From an uncultured bacterium (GTDB lineage: Bacteria; Chlamydiota; Chlamydiia; Chlamydiales; SM23-39), in NCBI GenBank assembly GCA_963716985.1, contig OY970323.1, positions 736,001 to 800,000 of the forward strand: a stretch of 64,000 bases of DNA, read 5' to 3'. Shown piece after piece: positions 57,652-64,000 of the stretch; within the stretch, counting starts at the first letter, position 1, and the number at the start of each line of letters is the position of its first letter. The notes beneath the pieces were generated by a model. That model did not search any database. It was not told where the DNA came from and saw only the letters and a list, made by a program, of their open reading frames with translations. Made by a program: the position numbers and the translations under genes.

Positions 57652-57839
57652 CCTATTTGACAGCGCGAAAAACCCATTCTTTCAAGGACTGGGAAAGCGC
57701 TGCTCCACTGTTTATCAGTTTATCAAACATACCAGATCACTGCTCGAGTTTTATTTTCAGATTTATTTTTAAAGCGATGATTTCTACGTTGAATGGATGT
57801 AGCATTGCCTTGATAAGGAATCAGAGTGGGAAATGAAGC

Positions 57840-59987
57840 ATGAGAATATCGGTGCGAACATGGATCCTATCCTTTTTGCTGATTGAATCCATTCATGCAG
57901 AAAATGTGAATTTCGCGATTGTCGGCGGCGGCAGTGGCAGCGGGGTTGGCTATGCAGGCGTTTTGGGGCCTCATAGCACGACATCTCCCCAGGCAATCCT
58001 TCTTCCGCCAAATACTCCCTCGGTCCGAACGGTTGCGATCAATCATGCCGGCATTTGCCTCATCGGCTGCGGCAATGCGAGCGGAAACAGCTATGCCGCC
58101 AGGATCTTGCCCAGTAGCGTAATTCCCCAAACACTGAATCTACCTGTGAATAATCTAGCCCGGGGTGTGGCGATCAACAATTTGGGAGTTGGTTTTGTCG
58201 GCTGCGGCGATGTGAGTAATGGGTATGCTGCCCGCATCGGGCCAAATAGCATAGATCCTCAGGTAATCAATCTTCCTCCTGGCACGAATGGCATCCGGAG
58301 AGTTGCGATCAATGATGCCGGCCTTGCCATCATTGGCGGATCCAACCAATTAAGTCCAAATACCGGATATGCTGCTTATGTTTTGTCCGATAGCACAACT
58401 CCACAGCAGATCGGGGGAACGGACAACATCAACTACGTTGCGATCAATCATGCCGGCACAGCTCTCATTGGCGGTGGCGACCCTAACGGTTATGCCGCTT
58501 TTTTTGTGCCGTATAATAGCACACCTCTCCAAACGTTTACACCTTCTGCGGTTATTTATGCTGTTGCAATCAATGACGCCGGCATTGGCATCATCGGTGG
58601 CTACGACGGCTCCAATGGATACGCCGCATTTGTGGTGCCAAATAGCAGGTATCCCCAGGTGATTGCAACCAATATTCCCATTTGGGGCGCCGACATCAAC
58701 CGGGCCGGTGTAGGGATCATTGGCGGCGGTACAACGCGTGGTTATGCTGCACTTGTTGCTCCAGATGGCACTGTAACTTCGCTCGCGCTTCCCGATACCG
58801 TTACTTATCCCATTCTGGACGTTGCGATTAATGACCAAGGTGTCAGCATCATCGGCGGCGAGGACTTGAATGGCAACAGCTATTGTGCGCTTGTTGCGCC
58901 CAACGGGACTCTTACGCCATTGACTCTCCCACCTGGAAGCGGCGTCAATTTTGTTGCGATCAATGATTCATTTATTTCATCTGTCGGACCTTACTCGAGC
59001 GCGGTGAATACACAATTGGCTGCTATCTATGCTCTGGAAACGCGGCTCATGATGCAAAAATTGGAGATGCCCAACGTGTCCGGCGAGATCGGCTATCTTC
59101 TGGCCGACGCAAATGATGACATGAGCGCCATCTATCGAGAAAAGCCGCAGCGCAAAAAATCCATTTGGACCACTTCTTTTGGCGATCATGTGCATTTCAA
59201 AGAAAGGGGAAAAATCCCTTCTTTTTCAAATGAAATCGGGGGGATATTAGCGGCTCTCGATTACCATGAGCCCGATCTATTGCTCGGCGGCGCCTTGGGG
59301 TATGCGTTTAATTATATTCATTATGGAGAAGGCCAGGGCCACGGTCATCTGCAAGAAGAAACAGCTTGCTTTTATAGCGCGTTTAAAAAAAGCGTTGCCA
59401 GGATCCAGGCTGTATTATGGGGAGGGTATTATCAGGTATATAACGAACGCCATGTGCTTTCGGTGATTACCTCAACAGCGCATTTTTCCGGATGGATTTT
59501 AGCGCCTCAGGTCGAAATCGCGCTGCCGTTTGCCCTTACGCACAATCGCCTGGGTTGGATCGAGCCTTTTGTCATGATGAATTGGGTCAATGGCTGGCAG
59601 GATCATTTTACGGAAAAAGGCGCTTCTGGCTTTAACCTTGTCATGAAAAGCCTCTACTCTTCTCTTTTGCAAAGTGAACTTGGACTGCGTTTTTATGAAC
59701 ATTTTGATTACAGCTGGGGCAGATTTTCTCTCGTTGAGAAGCTGAGCTATGTCAACCAAGTGCCTTTTCATATTCGAAGAGCCAATACTTACTTTCTGAT
59801 CCCAACTTCTCCATTTCCAATCGAAACCGGCAATTCGCGGATACAAAATCTTGGCGGAATCCAGCTATGCGGCCAATTCTCGCCAAATAATTCATCTTAT
59901 CCTTCAGGAAGCCTGTCATTCCAGGGATTGCTCGGCTCTTCTTATCAATCCTATTTTGTGAATTTGGAGGTCAGGAAAAACTTTTGA
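57840..59987 (+). CDS. Autotransporter-like protein with repeat passenger and C-terminal beta-barrel
   Basis: Signal peptide; about 8-9 VAINxxGxxIIGG..GYAA repeats; C-terminal barrel ending in Phe. Confidence 0.8.
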   Translation: MRISVRTWILSFLLIESIHAENVNFAIVGGGSGSGVGYAGVLGPHSTTSPQAILLPPNTPSVRTVAINHAGICLIGCGNASGNSYAARILPSSVIPQTLNLPVNNLARGVAINNLGVGFVGCGDVSNGYAARIGPNSIDPQVINLPPGTNGIRRVAINDAGLAIIGGSNQLSPNTGYAAYVLSDSTTPQQIGGTDNINYVAINHAGTALIGGGDPNGYAAFFVPYNSTPLQTFTPSAVIYAVAINDAGIGIIGGYDGSNGYAAFVVPNSRYPQVIATNIPIWGADINRAGVGIIGGGTTRGYAALVAPDGTVTSLALPDTVTYPILDVAINDQGVSIIGGEDLNGNSYCALVAPNGTLTPLTLPPGSGVNFVAINDSFISSVGPYSSAVNTQLAAIYALETRLMMQKLEMPNVSGEIGYLLADANDDMSAIYREKPQRKKSIWTTSFGDHVHFKERGKIPSFSNEIGGILAALDYHEPDLLLGGALGYAFNYIHYGEGQGHGHLQEETACFYSAFKKSVARIQAVLWGGYYQVYNERHVLSVITSTAHFSGWILAPQVEIALPFALTHNRLGWIEPFVMMNWVNGWQDHFTEKGASGFNLVMKSLYSSLLQSELGLRFYEHFDYSWGRFSLVEKLSYVNQVPFHIRRANTYFLIPTSPFPIETGNSRIQNLGGIQLCGQFSPNNSSYPSGSLSFQGLLGSSYQSYFVNLEVRKNF

Positions 59988-60020
59988 GGGCAATCAACTA
60001 AGGAATTGTGACAAAACAAG

Positions 60021-60671
60021 TTAAAAACTTTTAGCTGTGTCCTGTGTGAGTGCAGCGATAAGAAATTTCATTGCATATTCCCAGTTAGCCGAAAGTGCCC
60101 TTTTCGCAGCATCTTCATTTCCGTCCCGGAGTGAAGTAATAATGTTCTGATGATGTTTGTATGAGTGTTCAAGCTGTTCGCTTTTTGCCATATAGCAATG
60201 CTCGTAGCAGCTAATCCGCAGGCGCAGTTCAGCGATCATTCGTAGAAGGGTTTTGTTTCTGCATAGTTCTGTAAGTCGACGATGAAATTCACGATCAGCG
60301 AGCGACGCTTCATGCGGAGATTTACGCTTGCGATATAGGGTTTCGTTGATCATCTCTAATTCTTTTATTTGAGTTTGTATAAGCGGAAATGCCAGGAGCA
60401 TCGCGTGGGTTTCAAGAAGAATAAGAAGGGGATAAAGATCTTCGATTTCTTTTACGCTCAGTTCCTTGATCGTATATCCGACGTTTGGCTCGGATTTCAC
60501 AAGTCCTGATGTCTCTAGCGAAATGAGCGCTTCGCGCAACGGAGTGCGGCTGACCTTAAGAATGTGCGTGAGTGAAATTTCCTTTACGCGCTCTCCGGGC
60601 TTCAGCTTTCCAGAGAGTATGAGTTCAATCATCTTTTCGCGAACAGAGTCTCTTAAAACTTCATAGTCCAT
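60021..60671 (-). CDS. GntR (FCD) family transcriptional regulator
   Basis: LKPGERV...VSRTPLREAL..LETSGLV and DREFH motifs. Confidence 0.9.
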   Translation of the reverse strand: MDYEVLRDSVREKMIELILSGKLKPGERVKEISLTHILKVSRTPLREALISLETSGLVKSEPNVGYTIKELSVKEIEDLYPLLILLETHAMLLAFPLIQTQIKELEMINETLYRKRKSPHEASLADREFHRRLTELCRNKTLLRMIAELRLRISCYEHCYMAKSEQLEHSYKHHQNIITSLRDGNEDAAKRALSANWEYAMKFLIAALTQDTAKSF

Positions 60672-61599
60672 ATCGTCCTGGCAGTATTGTTTGCTTCCAA
60701 TCGTTTGCTCGTAATTGCTTGTGGGATACGCAGGGCACACTCAACAAAGCTGCGGCTTGTCGTGCATATTCTTTATATGCCGACTTTAGTCCAGTGTGAA
60801 AGACAATAAGCTCTGGCGCATGCAAACAGCTTTTTGCTGCGGCAACTAATTTTGCTTCTGCTCCAGGTAGATTGTACTCACCGCAAGCGAGCCATTGATT
60901 GGGAAGATGGTGTTCGATCACAGCGCCACTTTGAAAAATAATTTCAGTTGCGCTGGGCTCAAAATGGATTCCGCCAAGATAAATTGCTCGGGGTCTATTA
61001 AGCTTGCAAAACTCTGCAATTCTTCCGAGAGCTCTTACCAATACGCCTTGGGCGCTAGCATTCGTCCAATCATCGGGAGAAGATCCTATTTCAAAATCGA
61101 ATACCGGTGCTTTCACCTGCAAAAGTTCTGCTGCTGGGCGCTCATACACAAGACCCGACCAATGGCTTGCCTCAAAAAGAGTTCGAAAATCTGTAAGATT
61201 AGCGGAAGCTCGCTCATCTTCTATTGCCATAAGGGTTGCAGCGAGTAGCTCTCCACAAGTTGCACCGAATATTCCAGATGGGACATCGGCAGTGCTGTGT
61301 GCACAGAATATTTTTGTCGGAGAGTTTGTACCCGCATGCCAATTGACAAGTCCGATCATATCGACGTCGGGAAATTGCGCGTTTAATTCACCGGCAATCT
61401 CTGGATATAACGCACTCGCTACGTGGCGTGTTTCTGCAAAAAAGAGTTGGTGGCCGTTGACTTGTGTGCGAAAGACATTTTTTCCTCCGACAATAATCGG
61501 CGTTGCGAAAGCTGCATAATGATCTTTTACTTGGTGAAGTAGAGCGGGGGCCACTGGATCAATGGTTGGATTGGAACAAAAAAGAAAAAGAAATTTCAT
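60661..61599 (-). CDS. D-aminoacyl-tRNA deacylase of the archaeal/plant DTD2 (GEK1) type, divergent
   Basis: NWH, FCAHST, FEASHW, FEIGSSPDDW and LGGIHF parallel the DTD2 motifs SxH, TxH, EATHH, EIGS..W and GGxHY. Confidence 0.7.
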   Translation of the reverse strand: MKFLFLFCSNPTIDPVAPALLHQVKDHYAAFATPIIVGGKNVFRTQVNGHQLFFAETRHVASALYPEIAGELNAQFPDVDMIGLVNWHAGTNSPTKIFCAHSTADVPSGIFGATCGELLAATLMAIEDERASANLTDFRTLFEASHWSGLVYERPAAELLQVKAPVFDFEIGSSPDDWTNASAQGVLVRALGRIAEFCKLNRPRAIYLGGIHFEPSATEIIFQSGAVIEHHLPNQWLACGEYNLPGAEAKLVAAAKSCLHAPELIVFHTGLKSAYKEYARQAAALLSVPCVSHKQLRANDWKQTILPGRYGL

Positions 61600-61688
61600 G
61601 AATTCCTCTCGATTGTATGCAATATGCAAGAATTGTATACAATTTAAGAGTTCGAGGCAAGCTGGTTTTGGAGCGAATCGCTCTTATT

Positions 61689-61812
61689 GGCCATGTTCAC
61701 TTCTTCGGTCAGTTGTTAATGCAACTGACTTTGTTTTTCAATGATGAGGGCGACTTTGCTGACTTGTGCCATCCACTGATCGAAAGTTTTCCCTCTCGAA
61801 GTGAACAAGGCC
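61689..61812 (+). mobile_element. 124-bp MITE, copy C, with perfect 8-bp TSD
   Basis: CTCTTATT flanks both ends; near-identical to copies A and B. Confidence 0.93.
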
Positions 61813-62010
61813 CTCTTATTGTGTGAGATTGTGCAAGGTGGTTGGTATTGGATAGAGATTGAATTACTGCACCAATTAACTTCTCGTAACTTTTTCAAGA
61901 AGAATCTGTTGGAAAAAACTGAGACCAATTGGAAGGCTGTTTTTATATCTTTGAGGCAATAACACAAGTCATTGATTATCAGGTAAGTAATTGTTTAGAT
62001 ATGAGTGGTT

Positions 62011-62027
62011 GACCGACTGTCGGTCGG
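62011..62027. promoter_or_regulatory. Putative TetR operator palindrome
   Basis: GACCGAC-T-GTCGGTC overlapping a TTGACC...TATAAT promoter upstream of tetR. Confidence 0.6.
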
Positions 62028-62061
62028 TAATGTATAATTGCGCCCATCTAAAAGGAGCGTT

Positions 62062-62682
62062 ATGGTAAGAGTGGTAAAAAAGCCAGAGGAACGGCGTCGT
62101 GAGATTGTGTCCGCTGGTCGGAATCTGTTTCTCAAGCAAGACTTTGAAAATACGACGATGCAGGATGTAATGACAAAGCTGCAGATCGCTAAGGGAACGG
62201 TTTATCATTACTTCAAATCCAAAGAGGAGTTGTTGAAAGCTGTCGTTGAGGATATGGTAGATGAATACATCGCCGTGGTGGAGAAGGCGTTGAACGAATG
62301 CCAAGGCAGCGCTCTCGATAAAATGCGAGTGGTATTTGCTGCTGGAAAAGTCGCTCCTTGCCAGATGGAAACAATGGATAATCTGCATCGTACTGGCAAC
62401 ATAGGAATGCACGTGCGTCTCTTGGCTGTCACTCTGTCCAGGTTGGCCCCGCTCTACGCTCGCATGATCTCTCAGGGATGTAAGGAAGGACTTTTTCGTA
62501 CAGACCATCCACTCGAGTGCGCAGAAATTCTGTTAGCGGGTATCCAATTTGTTACGGATGTGGGTTGCTACCCATGGAGTCAGCAAAATTTAGACCGTCG
62601 GGCTCAAGCCATTCCTGCATTGATTGAAAATCAGCTGCAGGCGCCGAAAAACGCCTTTAGTTTTTTGATCAAACAAAATTAG
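62062..62682 (+). CDS. TetR/AcrR family regulator
   Basis: TTMQDVMTKLQIAKGTVYHYFKSKEELL HTH; AAGGAG RBS. Confidence 0.92.
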   Translation: MVRVVKKPEERRREIVSAGRNLFLKQDFENTTMQDVMTKLQIAKGTVYHYFKSKEELLKAVVEDMVDEYIAVVEKALNECQGSALDKMRVVFAAGKVAPCQMETMDNLHRTGNIGMHVRLLAVTLSRLAPLYARMISQGCKEGLFRTDHPLECAEILLAGIQFVTDVGCYPWSQQNLDRRAQAIPALIENQLQAPKNAFSFLIKQN

Positions 62683-62689
62683 CTCAAAA

Positions 62690-63277
62690 ATGAGGCTTGT
62701 CATGAATCTTTCTTATTCCTACCATCCAATGCCGCTTCTTCTGATTACAATTTTAATACCGTTAGCTCATTGCTTCATTGCAGCTTACTTGAGCTGCAAG
62801 GGATGGGAACAATTTCAGACGTTCCTTGTGCTTTTTGGTATGTGTGTGCCATGCATTGCCGCGCTTGTTATGATTTTTGCTTCACATAACGACATGCTCA
62901 TTCGGGATTTTTGGGAGAGGCTTCTGTTCTTCAAAATTAGCTCCGGCTACCTCATGATAATCCTATTACTGCCTCTATGCACTGTTTTATTGGCTACAGG
63001 TTTATCATTGTTTTTTGGTTATTCTACCGATCAATTTTCACTCGCGAGTGATTGCAGCGTTAAGAAAGGATGGCATATTCTCGGCATAGCCATGCCTTTA
63101 TTATTGGCTCCCTTCATTGAAGAGCTAGGCTGGCGGGGGTATTGGGTGGACAGTCTTAGAGCCTATTTTAATTTATTTACAACATCAGCAATATTTGGCT
63201 TTCTTTGGTCCGTGTGGCATCTGCATCTGTTCTTCGTTAAAGGGTACTATCAAGATCCTCGACTTTGCAACTTTTAG
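62690..63277 (+). pseudogene. CPBP (Abi/CAAX) intramembrane protease, 3'-truncated by IS701
   Basis: EELGWRGY and W..WHL motifs present; later motifs missing; the last residues derive from the IS end. Confidence 0.75.
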
Positions 63278-63286
63278 CGGCTTAGT

Positions 63287-64000
63287 TCAGGCCGCCTGAA
63301 GCACTCGTCTTACTATATCATCCATCCAATCCACCATTTCTGGAGTAATATTTTCCACGGAAGGGGTGATTTTAGCCTTCCCGGAAATTAAATTATCCCT
63401 CCATATTACCATGCGCACGGCCCTCAACATATCGGAAAATGTGACGTGCTCTTTTTGGTGCCAAGCAGTTGCCTCTACCTTAAGCAAATTTACCTGTCCC
63501 AATCGATTTGCCATTAGGCATACGCAACTATATAACCCCATCAGTATGGGGGTCGATCGGGCTATCGCTCGATCCGACCATTGCCGCTGAGTCTCTACGC
63601 CAAGATGTTCACGTGTTTCTTCGAATGTGACCTCAAGTCCCCAGCGATCGATAAATAACTCTATCATACGTTCTGGCGTCATGCGTGGATCTGTGCTCAT
63701 AAGAGGTAGAGGGTCGAGTTTTCCTGTAGGATCTACCACCAAAACCCATCGGATGGGTATAGGAGTTGCTCCATCGGCTCCCCACATACATGTGTTAGAC
63801 AGCACGCGAGCTACCCGTTTCTCTCCGCCGTAACCGACTACTTCCATTTCTTTCCAGGGCAATCCCTTCAGAGATAGCATCTCTTTAAAATTTTTCAATT
63901 TGACGCCTTTCTGTGCAGTACGTCCCCTTTGGCCGGGACGCTTTTCGGCCGGGAAATCGAACAGGGCTGCATTCATTTTCAGTCGCGAAACAAGAGTCAC
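63287..64000 (-). CDS. IS701-like transposase (5' part outside the window)
   Basis: RWGLEVTFEETREHLGVETQRQWSD and TFSDML motifs. Confidence 0.8.
   Translation of the reverse strand: MTLVSRLKMNAALFDFPAEKRPGQRGRTAQKGVKLKNFKEMLSLKGLPWKEMEVVGYGGEKRVARVLSNTCMWGADGATPIPIRWVLVVDPTGKLDPLPLMSTDPRMTPERMIELFIDRWGLEVTFEETREHLGVETQRQWSDRAIARSTPILMGLYSCVCLMANRLGQVNLLKVEATAWHQKEHVTFSDMLRAVRMVIWRDNLISGKAKITPSVENITPEMVDWMDDIVRRVLQAA

Overview
This window is chromosomal DNA from an environmental chlamydia (phylum Chlamydiota). The conserved backbone (CT017-like, CT016-like, phoH, then ssrA/tmRNA, ileS, lepB, CT021-like) is interrupted by an accessory region of about 17 kb (about 5.1-22.3 kb) lying downstream of the tmRNA 3' end. 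Four degenerate copies of the tmRNA terminator/3'-end junction punctuate this region, each fused to a conserved GCATTC(A/G)GAACTTT arm. They divide it into integrase-less cassettes carrying a HipA-type TA pair, an AbiE pair, Cdd1, RhuM fragments and a DUF4238-like gene; a wHTH plus nucleotidyltransferase pair lies just beyond the outermost copy. The region also holds an orphan TPR-like/J/GrpE/Hsp70 operon bracketed by group II intron 5' and 3' end remnants, and a class C intron scrambled by two MITE copies. An apparently intact group II intron sits directly after the ATG of an IS200 transposase. The right half carries housekeeping and accessory genes: pncB, tyrP, hcp, a Pif1-WYL helicase, polX, a tandemly duplicated mucin-like membrane protein, a YbhGFSR-OMF efflux operon, an APC permease, Fic, IS110, a repeat-passenger autotransporter, an archaeal/plant-type D-aminoacyl-tRNA deacylase homolog with GntR, TetR and IS701. 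No rRNA, tRNA, CRISPR array or integrase was seen. All family calls come from motif recognition by eye; no database searches were run.
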